This document shows positions 24,069 through 39,500 of a DNA stretch of 64,000 nt, in pieces. The stretch is from Epiperipatus broadwayi. Lineage: Eukaryota > Animalia > Onychophora. The stretch lies in assembly GCA_028023455.1 (NCBI GenBank), contig JAQFVV010000001.1, positions 1,922,001-1,986,000 on the forward strand, given 5' to 3'. Both the position numbers and the translations under genes were made by a program. The number at the start of each line of letters is the position of its first letter. The stretch's first letter is position 1. The notes beneath the pieces are model-generated. The model worked only from the letters and a program-made list of their open reading frames with translations. It was not told where the DNA came from and searched no databases.

Positions 24069-27000
24069 ATTTTATTATATTCCTTATAAAATTATGATAA
24101 AAATCTATATAATACTTATCAAATACTTATCTAACAAATGAAATAAATATTAAAACCATACATTAATGTTTGTTCATAAATATTTATTAAAAATAACTTG
24201 AATAAATTATGATTTGAAAGTGAAAGTTAATATTATCTGCTTGTATTACAATGCAATTATGCAGATAAAATGTCATTAATCTGAAATCCTTAGCCATTTA
24301 TTTGAATTTGAAAATGTATTCCATAATAAAGGCAAAAATGAACGAAGTCTAAAAAATATTACTCTACGGTACTGTTATAATTATTAATAATTAAATGGTA
24401 ATTTTTAAAAAAAAATAAAATTTAAATTTATTGCTTATATTTGCTTAAAATCAGTGTTGTTTTCATACAGACATTAATTAACAAAATTAATTGCTTTCGT
24501 TTATTTACTTATGAAGAATGCTGCTTTTTCATCATTTTGGTAAAAAAGTGGGAAACTATTTCATTTATTTGCTTCTCTTCTGATGCAATTTTTTTGCTTA
24601 AATAAAGTTAATTTTTGTATAGTGACCAATGTACATCTCTTTAATCCTTTGATTGAATCATGTAGTAATTCAACTTAGTAATAATGATTTCTTTTTTTTA
24701 TTGTCAGTATTTGCCATCTTTATAATTCATATCATTTTTATCAATATTCAAAGCCCTTTATAATTTCCTAATCAGAAAGCTATTGCATTGATAATCATCA
24801 ATGCATGAAGATTTTCTTCAGTAAAAGTAGTCATATATTTGGAAAGATATTTTATAACATAATCATTTCTTTTTGTCATTTGACAACAATAATTGCATAA
24901 TCATCATCAATCTATTTTTCAGATTTATTTTGCTTCAGAGTAGGTCATAACTTTTACCAGCATAATCTATTATTGAAAGTTTCACATTCTCCTCCCTTTG
25001 AGCAACAAACGAACAAAAAAAAAAACATGTTTCATGTTGACTTTGATTTCGTTAATATTTACCCAGAAGAGTTGCATCTAATAGATATATGCAAATTAAT
25101 TATAGTATCCTTGCTTTAAGAATTTAATAATAAATATAAACTTTGGTAGTAATAAACTGTAAAACATTTTTTCAGAGTTTTATTTTTAGAGTGAGCAGAA
25201 CATATGTTTAAATTAAAAACTTTTACACTCTTATAGTTTTACCCAAAATGCACAATGTGCTCTATTAGTTTTTGAAATAAAAAAGTTTTCAAACCAATAT
25301 AATGTTATTATTATTTAAAGAATACATTACTGAATAAAGTTTAACTTTCTTAAAGATTCTTGTATGTTTATTTTTTTCTCATCACTAGTAATTTATATTT
25401 TGAATCCCTGTTGAATTGAAAATTCTAAAATAATGACTGTATTTATATTATATTATTTTCATCTTAATATTTTACTAGCTGTGTATTATCAATATAAAGC
25501 TATTTCATCTGCATTATGCATTTTTTTAAGAATAAGGTTTTCAATTTATTTATATACTTGGCAAGTCCTTGGTCTGCTGATCATTTTTGTCTCTTATTCT
25601 ATCCTTCATTATATGTGTTAAAATCTTTAGGGAAAAGCTTAGCCTGTTTAATAGTCATGCTACCAAAGGATTACATTATTTTGAATCTTGCAAAATCATT
25701 CAAACATCACTTGATCGTGTTCAATACTTTTACTGTTTTTTATAATTTTTCTATTGATTAGTTGTTTGTGAGGAGTAAGCTTTTTGTGTAAAGTTGATTT
25801 TTTTTTCTTTTTTTAATCGATAAATAATTGATGTATCAATTAATTTAACCAACTTATAAATGGAAACATTTTGATTCATTTTTCCAACAATTCCTTTTTT
25901 CTTAAATCATTATAACAATTATAGTTGCAAAGCACTTTTGGAACTTGCACGAGCATTACAACTCATGGCTTCCATAAATCAAGTAAGGAGAAAACACATT
26001 ATACTGAATTGACATTAAATGTATTGAATTGTAGTAATTGCATATATATATGTTGTGCAAATCACAACTCTTATGTGCACAAATACCTGATTAACACTAT
26101 TCTTTCTGAATATGTAAATATTCACATATACATTTGAGCACTTGCATATACAGATGGAGCTAACTTCATTTGAAAATTAATTGCAAAATAATAATTTACT
26201 GAGCTTGTAGAAATGATCATTAATCTTATGGAAAAATAAGCTGACACACCTGTTACACACTAGTGATTTAAGTTTTTCTACTTTCACTGTAATACTGAAT
26301 GTATGGAAAGAATATTTTAAATAAGAAAAAAAATTAGTTAAAAATTCATCAAAACTTTATTTTGCAAAAATCTACTGCGAAAAGTTTATTAAGTTCAATA
26401 AAATAATATTAACAACACATTGAAGGTGGCTAGTATTCAAGATTAATCTGGAGTTATGATTATAGCACTACTATCTAGTGTCTATTGATTATATAAAATT
26501 GCAGTATGTGATTTTTGAATAGAAAAGAAAAGCTTTGTGATTTTGTTGTTAGTATATTCATCTATTATGTTTATAACATAGGATTGAAGTTCAGGCCAGG
26601 TGAATTTTGAAATTTTTTTAGATCTTCAACAAATTTGGGATTTTTTTCAGGTAGATGACTCGTAACCAACCTAGTTAGACATCCCATAGTCATCAGAAAA
26701 TAATTATTTTAGCTATTCTTAGATAGGAAGTATTGATCCAGTGTTAATTTGAATTGATCATAACAACATAATTTTGCTGACTGTTAAAATAAAAATAATA
26801 AAGTTGCAAGTTGATATAGTATTTACTATTAGAGAAGAAATGGTTATACTTTTATGAATACTGAGCATATGGTTACATTTTTAACAACATGTGCATATTT
26901 CATACTAGTTATTTTTAATGCAGTGTAATTGGGAAATTAAAATATATATTTATTTTTAAAAAAGGCAAATCAATTTCAATGAAAATTTGTCTAAATTTTA

Positions 27001-27717
27001 TAATTAAAGATAGAAAAAAAAATCTATCACTATTGGAAAGCTTATTAAAAAATCAATAGAATTTTATTCAAGACATATATTATATACTTATTATATTATT
27101 TCCATATCAAGTTAAATAAAAGCAATAAGATATTTTCAATTCAGTTGGCTTAAAACGTTTGATGTTTGATCAAACATAATTTATGAGAAGCTGCATTTTT
27201 CATAAACAATATTCTTTAATAAGCAATATTATTCAATAAATTATCATACAATTTTAGTTTAATTAATATGGTACTAACTATAATAATACTTTTCAAGCTT
27301 CTACAATTTCTTTTTTTTAATTAGTAAATTAATTTACTTGTCTGGAAAAATAAGCAAACCAGAAAGTTCATAACCAAGATTTAAAGATTATTGGTGAATA
27401 ATCTGTATTACTTTGATATTAAATAAAAATAAATCTCTCCAAATCTTAGAAGTATACTCGCAACTTTTAGTGTAATGTTAATGTGATTAATAAAAATACA
27501 TCCCGTGATGTTAAAATATTCATTTATATTGACCTAGATAGTGATATTAAATTGATCATTTGTGCTATTTTTTTTAGTTTTGTTTTGTTTATAAGGATGT
27601 TCAACTCATTGATGCCAATCTATTATTAGATTGTATTATTATTTTTAGTTAGTTTTCTTGAAAATATTCCAACTTTATTAGTGGTTTTATTAAGTTCTTC
27701 AATTCTGCTACTGCAGG

Positions 27718-27938
27718 CATAGATTCAATAGTGATTAATTATGTGATTCATGATTTATGTTTGCACACATTGTAAAGCTAGTTAGATCTAAATTTTCTAG
27801 ACATTATTGGAATCTCATCACTAGATTCAGGATTTCAAGCCAACTCTTAGTAGTTGCACTCATCTTTTTCTACTGATCGGGGTAGATGTGGACAAACATA
27901 AATTATGAATCACATAATTAATAACTATCAAATCTATG
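27718..27938. repeat. Imperfect inverted repeat (53-bp arms, ~115-bp spacer), MITE-like
   Basis: catagattcaatagtgattaattatgtgattcatgatttatgtttgcacacat (27718-27770) versus the reverse complement of 27886-27938; weaker similarity continues outward. Confidence 0.75.
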
Positions 27939-28570
27939 ACTTCATTGGCAAAATAAAGGATTTAATAAAGTTATTAGTGATTCCATTTTCTCACTAGAAT
28001 CTCTACAAGTTGCCTTAAAAAAATGTCCATATATCAAATAGTCAATGTTAACCAGAAATAATAAAGTTGTCTTTTAACTTTTGTAAATGAAATTTTTTTT
28101 AAAATCATAATTAAACAAAATTTCAACTGTTGTGTAAGATTTTAACTTATATAGGATGTATTTTGTTTACTTTTACATAAATATATTCCTATTTAAATAA
28201 AAATGCTTATAAAAAGAAGATATTTTTTTATGGTTCTGCACTCTTAATTAAACCTAATACATTCTACCTATGTAAATATGACTCCATTTTTTATGAATTC
28301 AATTTTGCAAGTAATTTTACAAAACCAATTAATCACAAACAATAATAACTCTTTGTATTAGTTATTTTAATTTAAAAATTAATTTTTTTTTATTAAATAT
28401 TTGATGTCTACCAAAGTTTTATATTTTATTTAATTTGGGATTATGATAATTTTTATACTGTATGTTTATTTGATGTTTAATAAAAATAAGTTCTTTTTTT
28501 AATTAGATAAATTATTTATTTTAAGTTTTAGTTATTAATATGACTTGTGTGATGAAATGATTTTACACAG

Positions 28571-28712
28571 GGTAATGTTGGTGATTCACGTGCAATTGCA
28601 AGTGTTCAGGGTCAAGTTGAACAGTTATCGTATGATCACAAGCCTAGCAATGAAATAGAGTCTCGTAGAATTATTGCTGCAGGTGGATGGGTTGAATTCA
28701 ACAGGGTCAATG
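28571..28712 (+). CDS. PP2C exon (GNVGDSRAIASVQGQVEQLSYDHKPSNEIESRRIIAAGGWVEFNRVN)
   Basis: acacag acceptor, gtaaat donor; NVGDSR, DHKP and GGWVEFNRVNG motifs. Confidence 0.97.
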
Positions 28713-29295
28713 GTAAATTTTTACTTTATATATATATATGTTTATAAATAGTAAAATATTATAAAAGTGGTAAGATAAAAGTGATACTAAATTAAGTTTC
28801 TACTTGAAAGTTTTAATAATAATAAATTTTTAAAAATTATAAAAACTGGTAGATATCAGATAAATGTTTATACTTGTAAAACTTTGATTTTTTTATTTAT
28901 TCATGCTTGATATATTATTTATGAAAAAATAGAATTGTTTTTCTACATCAGTTATTATTAACTATTGCTATTCTTTAGATTAAGTATAAAATAAATGTAG
29001 GTTGATATAAAGAAGCTATCACTTATTGGATAAAGCAAACGTAAATTTACTTTAAATGTTTAACTTTAAAATAATAAAACTAAGGCTGACTGTTTATGAT
29101 AGTCAAAATAGATATATTAAGCATTTGGCATGCAAAGTAAGAAAAGCTTAAGCATGTTTTCAATATCTTTATACTGTTATCATAATCATAGCAATGAATA
29201 ACTGAAATTGTGGGTGTAGAGTGTGATATAAATATCATGTAAATTGTAGTCAAATATGCTGCTTACATGACCCACTTTTTAGAGAAGGGGAAGCA

Positions 29296-29460
29296 GGATA
29301 CCTTTTGTTTATAGCATTATGATTATTAGCAAGATGCCAGATTTCCTTTATCTTATATCTTATCTAGAGATATTTGCATATGGATACCTTTTGTTTATAG
29401 CATTATGATTATTAGCAAAATGCCAGATTTCTTATATCTTATCTAGAGATATTTGCATAT
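29296..29460. repeat. Local tandem duplication (86 bp + 79 bp)
   Basis: ggataccttttgtttatagc...gagatatttgcatat at 29296-29381 and 29382-29460; second copy lacks 7 bp. Confidence 0.9.
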
Positions 29461-32400
29461 AATTTGAATACAATTTACATGATGTTTATATGACATGTTT
29501 TGCCCATAATTTCATTCTTTCATTGCTATGATTATGATATCAATGCAAAGATATTAAAAGCATCCATAGCATATTAAATTAAAAGCTTTCGCTGTTAAGT
29601 TTTTAATACTTTGTGGTGCCCAATGCTTAATATATCTATTGCAATTGTTTTAAGAAAAGTAAAGCGAATAATATAGAATACTCAAAATAATTTTTAATAA
29701 GAGCAAATATACTGAATTCTTAAGTTACTCATCTTTAAAATAATTTTGCGTCATATTGAGTTTTTGGAAATATTCAATCTGTTAAATTATATTATTGTTT
29801 CGATTAATAAATGAGAAAATTATTTCAATATCAAATATTTCTTTATAAGTAAAGAAATAAATTGTTACTAAAGCATTGTTTATTATTAATAAATCTTGAC
29901 TAATAAAATAATTCCTGGTACAGAACTTTTAAGCTTAAACTGTTTTCGATTATTTATATATTATAATTAACTATATTTCCGTGATACTTTTTAAAATCAT
30001 TTTTCAAAAATATATTTACTGTATTTAGTTGAGAGTTTTCTCATATACACACATAATATTATTTAAACGAAATTATTGACGAAATAAAATAATTAGATTT
30101 AGTTGTAAGTTAATGCCATTATGCACGTGAATTCTTATTAGGAGAACTTAGTTTGTTTATGGATAAAATCGCTTGTAGAGAAATTTTTGTTTAAATACTG
30201 TGCAATGTAAAATAGTTGTTGTTTGTTTTTGTTTTTTTAACATTTATACAAAAAATTACCTTATTTATTTGAAAATAAATTATTTATTGTTATAAAATGG
30301 GTTATTTTTTGTTAATAGAATTTTTCACTTATGATTTTTATGAACATTGATATAATAAATAAGTGGGAAAACTTAGAATATGTATCGTAAGTCATAAATC
30401 TTTTTTCTCTAATCAGATGCAAAAAAAAGAATAATTTATTTCTTTAATAAAGAAATTTGTATAAATAAGTAAACAAAAATGTGTAGATAAATTTACTTAT
30501 ATAAAGATTAGTCTTCTAATCAAAGAAAACAAATGATGGATATTGATAATAATAATTTAGTAGGGATTTAAAAATAGTACGCTGAATTATGTCTTGTTAC
30601 TTATATGTAAATGTAAAATATAAGATATTTTAAAACACAAAACTCAAATATATTAAGAATTTGCTAAAAAAAAAAAAAAATTTTTTTTTTGATAGTTTTA
30701 TTTAAAACTTTTATGTACATGTGACATGAAATATATAATTTTTAAATTAATAAAAGCATGAGATTTATTATTGTTGGTGAATTAAATGGGGTTTAATGAT
30801 AAAATAAAGGGAAAATAAAAATAGGGAAGGGAAGCTATAGATATAATGTAATGAAGTTAGAATTTTATAAATCTTCACTTAATAATAGTCTCATTTCAAG
30901 TAATTTTAAGAAATTAGTACATTTTCGAGTCATCAAATTGATATTCTTTTATACTGTCTTGGTTAAAACAGAATAAAGAAAATATGGGCAATCTATGCCA
31001 AAGAAGATTTGTTTAAATAAGCAATAAAAGAGAGAAAACAATATTGTTGTAAGGAAAATAATGTAGTAATGAATACATATCAAATAAAAAAAAGAATTTG
31101 GAAAAAGAACTTGAAATAAAGGAAAATATTATTTTGTTTACAATACTAATTCAAGCTTGATTTTAAAATTAATCTTAAAATCTGATTTAAAAAATGATTC
31201 TCTTTGACTATCATTGATATCCATCTTGCAATTGAATCTTACAGTTTATGTTTGGGTTTACATACTATTTTAAGAATTTTGTTTTAGTTTAACATGGATC
31301 ATGTACAGTAAAATATCTGTATATACCCACATGAGAAATTTATCTGATCTGATTATTTAATTAAATAAGTTTTATGTTGAAATATTTGAAAATAAGTTTT
31401 ATCTATTAGATTATAAAAATTATCTTCAAATATTTTCAAAAATATATTTTATGAGAATTTTTCACTGATTAAATTTTAGGAAGATAAATTTTTTAAAGAA
31501 AAATTTAGTTGAATTAATAGATTTGAAAAATCATTTTGATTGTTTGACAAGAGTCATCTGTAATTAACAACAAATATATTTACTATATTTAAAGGACTAA
31601 TTAATTAGTTATTTATAAACAAGCTTTAGCTGAAAATATTTACTTGGTATCACTGTCTAGTTATAGATTAACCTTGAAAAAAAGCATTATTCTGATTTTG
31701 GAGATAGTATGAAGCAGTAATGCCTCAGAGTTTAAGATGTTGGATCAGCCATTTGAGAAATTGCTATTCATCTGATCTACTATTACTGAATGATATCACA
31801 ATTTATCTACAATAATAAACTACAAAATAACAGATATCCCAAAGATTTTGTTGTAACTAATGCTTTATCAGTTTGGAAAAATCAGGATTTGCTGATTTTT
31901 AAATCCAGTTGAAGCATAATATTTTGCAGTACAGATAAATTGCTAACGATTATATTTCTTAAACTGAAAACTTGATTAAATTATTGATAGTATTTAAAAT
32001 TATTTACAAGGAGAGAATTTTTTTTTTATTACTCAGTTTTTCAAAGATTCTCTAATAATTATGATTTTATAAGGCAAATTTAAAATCAAAATGGATTGTA
32101 GGTACAATAAGAATTAAAAAATAGTAACAAAGTTGTTTAAACTTTTTGGATAATTCAGTTGGTACATAGCTAGATTAATGATTCAATAAAGACTGTTAAA
32201 TCCTGACTTTTGAGAAATTATTGGCATAAAATGATAATATTTTCCATAATCTTTTCTTTGATTTAGATTATTGCAATGAAGTAAAAACAAAGAAAGCCAA
32301 GTAGTTAGTTATTGAAGCTATAATTACAAAGAATTTAGCAGCTCTTTTTCCCCATGATATTTGGTTTTTGTCTTCCTATAAATACCAAAATTTATGGATG

Positions 32401-34841
32401 ATAGCAAACTGTCTAACTCAAATATATATGTGCTTTCAACATTATGTAGTGCACACATCTATAATATAATTTATTAATAATATAGCACATGCAATTATAA
32501 ATAAAATATTTTTAAAATGTTAAGTTAATTGCAGTCAATTGCCTGTTTTATTTTTTCTATCATACTCCAATAGCTCTATTAAGTGAAAGAACAATTTTTT
32601 TCAATTTTTAAATTTGAATATTTTTTTTTAAGTGAAAAAAAGAAAAAAAGCTCTATAAGTTAATATTCATTTTAAACAAGGAAGTAAAAAAGGGATGACA
32701 GTAATAAGTAAAAATTGTAATTGGTTCAGATAACTGAATTTTTGTAATATTTACACTTTATTTATATAAAATATTTGCCTTAAAATGAAATAATTCTTGT
32801 AGTATCAATTTTTAATGTTTATATTTAATGCTTCTTTAAATTGTAGATAACTGAAACTGTGGATATGGAATTTTCAGATATGATAGAATACTGTATTTTT
32901 GTTGTACCAAACTATCTTTTCTTATTTGCTATGTATTCATTTCAATTTTAGATACTAAACATATCATCTATTACTAAAATATTGAAGTATACAAGTTTCT
33001 TGAAGTCTTCAAATTATTGCTATTGCTGGATGAAGATTATTGATGGAAATTTTTTCGAAGTCTCTATGGATTAACTCTGTAACTTTATATCTCTAAAATT
33101 GTCTCACTTTTTATGTTTTATATATCTATAAACTGAATTACTAAACATGTTATATATTGATAAACTGAATTATTAAACTGATTAAACAATATTTAATGAT
33201 TCTGGAAATTAACTTTTAGAGATATTAGATCCAAGTTATTCTTTTAGTAAGTAATAAGCAAACAGCTTTTTACAGAGGTAAGAATTCAAAGAAGAATAGA
33301 TAAACATTTTTAAATTCAAGCATTTAAAAAAAAATTATCCTGAAACTTTTATATATCTTAATAAATTTCTTTTTCTATATTTCCAAATCATTTTTTCAGC
33401 TTTAATTTATCTCTTTTCTTTTTCTATCTCACTTCAATAAAAGCTGTTTCAATAGTTCCATTATCCAGTCCTCTTATCCTATTTTTAGGAAGAAGACTTA
33501 ATCAAAAAAGCATGAAATCTTAACCTCTTTCATTATCTTTATTTTTAATTTTCTCTCACTTTCTATATATTTTATCCTCATCACTTTGCAATATCTTAAA
33601 CTCTAAAAATAAATGTTAAGTACTCTCTTTCTATTTCTACATAAATCTTTTCTGCTGTCTAAATTTTTATTTTTATCTTTATTTTTATTTTTATCTAAAA
33701 CTCCTATTCTGATGTGATGAAATATAAAATGATTTCCTCTTAAATGAAGTAAAAATTTCTGTGCATAGGTCGTATGTCCAGAAATCATGCTAGCCGAGCC
33801 AAACATTCCTTCTGCTTATATATTTTTTATTTCTTATTAGCAAGTTTATTTTTCCAATGCTGATTTATTTCTTTTTGGTTTTTATAATCTTCTCTAGTAT
33901 ATAAAGCTTTACCCTTGCATCAAAAAATAATAGTTTCTTTAATATTATATATTTGTAAAGATTGCTAACTAGTTATACCTTCACTGAGCTTTTCAAATTT
34001 GCATATTATTCATGTGTATTAATTTAATTGAAGATTAGCAAAATGCAACTTTAATTGCTTTTTTAAGACAATCGGCATTTATAAATATGGTTGTTCATTT
34101 AATACATAATAAATTATAACAATACAAGACTCAATGTACAGATTTCGATTCAGAAGTTGTCTATTATAATATATCACTCTTTATCTGATTTTGTTTTGGA
34201 GCTTTATAGAAAGTCTTCAGTAATCAGATTCATATAAATTATAGCTCTTTAATATGTAAATTAAAATATATAAATAAATTGTAATAATTTCATGCATTAA
34301 TATTATTTTTTTATTATCTGCATTTTGAAAACAATGCTCTGTCCCAAAAATGCTTTTAAGACTTTAAATAATAAGTATTTTTGAAATTTTCACTCCATAT
34401 AAAAAGCTCTTTAATATAATAAATTTATATATTTCAATTTGCTATTAATTTTTAATAGCGATTTACTATTTATAAATAGGATATGCTTTCCATTCAGATT
34501 ACATTTTCATGAAGGTACAAATAAAGAAACATTGCACTTTCTTTTAGTCTTTTGACTGCTTTCTGTCATAGTATTTGTAGCCACTTTACAAATTCAGCCA
34601 AAATTCTCAGAAAATAAAAAATCATAAATATGATAAATCTTGACATCTCATTTCAGACTATCTTTTTCTTTACTAATAGCTAGTAATACCTTATGGTGTT
34701 ATTAATTGGCAAAGAAGGTATTTAATGATTCAATAATACAAACTAGAATAGAATGTGTCAAAATGTGATGTTTATGTAATTAATAAGATAGAATTCTTAC
34801 CTTAAATAGGCTGCAAGGCAGATAGATGTCTCTATAATGCA

Positions 34842-35705
34842 TGCAAAATATTAAATAATATTTTAAACCTAAGAATGCAGATAAATAAATTGTTGAAATG
34901 TAGACACATGTATATATTAATTAATGGAATAAGCCTTATAAATTATCTTATATGGAAATGAATTCCTAAGACACTAATTAATTATATAGATCTAAAACAT
35001 TACAGATTTAGAAATAAATTCCTAAGATGAAATAAATTCCTAAGATTAATTAATACTATAAACCTTATAAACTACCATATATGAAAATAAATTCCTAAGA
35101 GAGTAATTAATTGTATAATTAAAAAGCTAAGAAGAATTTTGTTGTTTGATAACAAACTCTAAATAATACGTAAATTAATTAAGCAAACTGATTAATTAAA
35201 GTCAAAGAATTTACTCCAGAAAAGATAAGAGAAACAAAGAGAGAGATGGATATAAAAAGCTACAGAAAAATGACTGTTGACTCTTTCTGTGGTTGTTGCT
35301 ACCATCACTGTGTCTACATGTTGAAGAGCAGTGAAGATCATCATCAGAGGATTTCGTTCTCAGGATCTCAGCTCCTATAGGTCACTAAGCCTTCTAGTGC
35401 TTTTAACAGACCATTTCGGTCTTATTATCATTTTGAAATGAGTCAAGAAGCTCGTTGAAGGTTATATTATAAAAACTATAGATGTTGGTGAAGGTAGAGT
35501 GAATAATAGCTTACCTAATCGTTATAAATATTATTTGCTATTCAGTACTCAAATGCAGACTTTATATGTTTGTTAAAGATCAGTATAGTAATTCTTTTTC
35601 CTAATTATTAATAAATTATTATCGCTAAATATATATGTGCTGTTATCTGTTGAGTTTATTGTACATTTGTTTGCTGGTTGTCCACTCATAGTTGTGGACC
35701 CAGCA
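34842..35705 (+). repeat. 5' LTR of Gypsy element
   Basis: tgcaaaatattaaataatattttaaac...cagca; aligns with 39800-40755 with visible substitutions and indels. Confidence 0.88.
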
Positions 35706-35711
35706 AATTAT

Positions 35712-35722
35712 TGGTGCAATCG
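35712..35722 (+). promoter_or_regulatory. Primer-binding site, probably tRNA-Ser
   Basis: TGGTGCAATCG matches 9/11 with TGGCGCAGTCG, the complement of the arthropod tRNA-Ser 3' end; 6 nt after the LTR. Confidence 0.5.
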
Positions 35723-35949
35723 CATCGAACCTGTGAGTAATGGATAAGCTTAAAAAGCCAAGTTATTGGCAGTCGTTGTTCGAACCTAGTGAAATAGGAA
35801 AGAGTTTAAGCCATTAATAAGCTTCTGGTATTCAGGTTTTCAAACTTAGAGAGAAAAGTACATAATTATAGTCATTAAAATTAGTAGAAGTCATGATTGC
35901 TTTTGGGCATAATAGTATACCTGAATTGGAAGTTAGCAACGCAGCTGAT

Positions 35950-38900
35950 TAGTCATTGTATATTACACAGTTATAATTTACTTTACATTGAATGGATAAT
36001 AAGAGACAAGTAGCGCTGTACATATGTGTTTCACTGGATTAAAGTGATAGAAGTCGTAAATAGATTATTTGACTTTCCTATTACAGAGGAAATAAAGTCC
36101 AAGAATCTTATTAATAAATTAAGCGATTATTTCAGCCCTCGTCCATCACAGCCCATAGCTTGCTTAACCTTGCAAAGAAGGAAACAACAGCTCTTATGGA
36201 ATTGACAAAAGGTTGTGAGTATGGTGAGTTTGTGGACGATATACTCATGGACCAGTTACTATGGGGAATATCTGATGACAGGCTCAGATAGCAATTTCTC
36301 ATGGAATCTGAAATTACATATGAGATGGCCATTATGAAAGGCATAGCATATGAGTTAGCTCTTGAACAGGCTCAGAGGCCACATATCAAAAGAATGTAGA
36401 TGGCATAAAGAGTCGTGTTTTAAATGTGGACAAATGAGGCATTTAGCTCAAATTTGCACAAATAAATTACCTATGCAAGGAAATAGGGAAGAGTTCCATA
36501 TGATTAAAAACATGGGCACCCAAGGTCTAAATCAGTTTATGATAAAGCTGATACTTTGTAGAAAAGAACTGTCGATGGAAATTGATAGTGGATCAGATAT
36601 TTCTCTGATGTCACTCACTGATTGGCTATCACTATCATCGGCTAATGACGAAAGTAAAATAGAGAAAACAAATAGTGTGCCTTATGTAAATGGAAACACA
36701 TTTAAATTAATAGTGACATAAAGAGTTATGTTTTAAATATGGACAAATGAGGCATTTAGCTCAAATTTGCACAAATAAATTACCTATGCAAGGAAATAGG
36801 GGATGGGCACCCAAGTTCTAAATCAGTTTATGATAAAGCTGATACTTTGTGGAAAAGAACTGTCGATGGAAATTGATAGTGGATCAGATATTTCTCTGAT
36901 GTCACCGACTGATTGGCTGTCACTATCATCGGCCAATGACGAAAGTAAAATAGAGAAAACAAATATTAGTGTGTGATGTAAATGGAAACACATTTAAATT
37001 AATAGGCCATATCACAGCGCCCATTAATCACTGCGGTAAAAAAAGTGAATTTATCCCTGTACATAGTTAATGGGAAGATCAGTCCCATAGTTGGGAGAGA
37101 GTGGTTCCACAAACTGGGTATACAAATTAATATTATTAAAAAAATCTCTCTCAAACAAGAAATGATATACAAATACCCTGATTTGTTTAATGAAGAATTG
37201 GGATTAATTAATATGAGCCCAGTCGAGATAGAGTTGCCGGAAAATGCACAACCGATTGTAAACCACAGAAAATCCCATTCGCTCAAAAAGAGAAAATGGC
37301 GGAAAAATTAAAGTCATTGGTAGCTAAGGGCATATTAATGCCAATTGAAACATTAGATTGGACCATGCCTATAGTAGTGATAATCAAGCCAAACAGCGGG
37401 TGGCGATTACATAGTAACTGTAAATAAATATCTGAACTGGGGGACATGCCCCATTTGTAAGGAAGTAGTAGGCAGTCTTCAAAATGCTTCACATTTTACA
37501 AAGTTGGATTTAAATTCTGCATTTCACCAGATACAGGTGACAGACAAAACAGCGGAAATTTTAATGTTGACAACTCCAATGGGATTATTTAAATGTAATC
37601 GTTAATCATCTGACATATCAACAGCCCCTAAAATTGACACATTGCTCCAGGGTCTGGAAGGGGTTATTCCATATTTCAATGATATACTCATCATAGCTAA
37701 CTTGGAAGAGATGCTGCGTAAAAAGCTCTTTACCATATGTGAAAAATTAAAGAAAATGGGAGAAAAATTTAAACACCCAAAAAAGGGTATGGCATGCAAA
37801 AGAATTGGGTTTTCTTGGCAATATAATTTCCGATAGGGGGAAGAAACAAACCAGCACCTATGAAAGTTAGAGCATGAAAAACACCATGAGGCCTAAAAAC
37901 ATTAAACAACTACAGGCGTATTTAAGGATTAATAAAATTTTTCAAGCGTTTTTTAGAGAATAAAGCACACATAGCAAAACTATTGTACGACTTATTGAGA
38001 AAAGTTCAAAAATGGCAATGCTTGGAAATTCACAATGAAGCATTTAACAAAACTAAAGACCTATTATCATCTGACAAATTGTTAATACACTCTCTCACCC
38101 ATGGTATAAAGGGGAATGGCCCATTGCATTTGCATAGCATACACTCAAAAGCAGAAAGAAATTATAGTCATATTGATAAAGTAGCTTTAGCTATTATCTT
38201 GCTCTGAAAAAATTTCATCAGTATATTTTCAGCAGATCAGATCAAATAATAACTGACCACAAACCATTGCTGGGGATTCTGTGTCATGACATCAGTACCC
38301 AGACATTTAAGCCTACGCATGATATGCTGGAGAAACATCTTGTCGTCTTACAATTACAAACTGGAATATAAGAAGGGCAAAGAAATTTCACACGCAGATG
38401 TTCTGTCCTGAATGCCAGATAAAGAAGAACCAAACAGCATGGAGACAGAAATAAACTATTATGATGTGCTGAAATCAGAAATCCTGAACAGTAAAAAATA
38501 ACAAGCTGGACAAAAGACAGAGAGGCTATCAACTGCTTATAGAGTGGATAAAGAACAGATGGCCGAAGTTGAAGCCACACTACATCACCATGAGGTTCTG
38601 GACAAACCTTAAGAAATTGTCTACTTGTAAAGAGTATGTACTAATCGGGGACCATCATAATATCAACGGAAGGCAGACAAGTTTTAAAGCTTTTTCATGA
38701 AGGTCACCCCGGAATTGTGTGAGCCAAAGCATTAGCTCATAGCTACATCTGATGGCCAAAAATATCATCAGACATTGAGCAATTCATAAAAAAATTCACA
38801 CCCTGTCAATCTGGAACTAATATGAAGGCAAAACAATACGATCCATGGCCAATAGCAACAGAAGCCTGACAGAGAGTACATATTGACCACGTAGGCCCAA

Positions 38901-39500
38901 TAAATGGCAAGATACTGCTCATACTCATAGATGCATACTCCAAATGGGCGGAGTATCATATTGTAAAAGATATGAATACAAAAGGAAATGATTGGAAAAT
39001 TTAAATGCTGTGTTTTCTTGCCATAGTCTACCTGAAACCATTGTGTCCAATAATGGCACTGGATTCACTGTGCAAGAAATGGAAAACTATTTTATTGACA
39101 ATGGCATCAAACACATACATGCACCCCCATATCACTCAGAGTTAAATGGCCTTGCTGAAAAGACTGTACAGATAACTAAAAAGGTCCTCAAGAACAACGT
39201 AAGTATGCAGCAAGCAATATATAATGCTATGCTGCATTAACACTCCATCCCATCAACAGCTACAGAGAAATCTCTGGCAAAACTGCTGTTTGGAAAGAAA
39301 CAGAATTAAATTATCACTTTTATGTCGAAGTATGTCTGATAAAACAGAGAGCGAGAAAGTGAAAAAATACAAACAACGGACTATAAAATGATTTGAGATG
39401 TAATCCGGAAGAAATGAATTAAAGGTGAAATTGTGAAAATGTTATCGAAAACAGTAGCAATCATCCAAGTTCAGGATGGGACATCATACAGAAGACATAT
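35950..39500 (+). pseudogene. Disrupted gag-pol of the Gypsy element
   Basis: Gag (ELTKGCEYGEF..DQLLWGISD), CCHC knuckle (CFKCGQMRHLAQIC), protease (MEIDSGSDISL), RT (FTKLDLNSAFHQI; PYFNDILI), RNase H (ERNYSHIDK..LAI), integrase (HEGHPGIV; RVHIDHVGP; IDAYSKW; SNNGTGF; PPYHSELNGLAEKTVQ). Many stops and frameshifts. Confidence 0.92.

Noticed and set aside
33370-33860. Possible LINE remnant on the minus strand
   Set aside because: Pyrimidine-rich like other remnants, but no diagnostic motif could be read.
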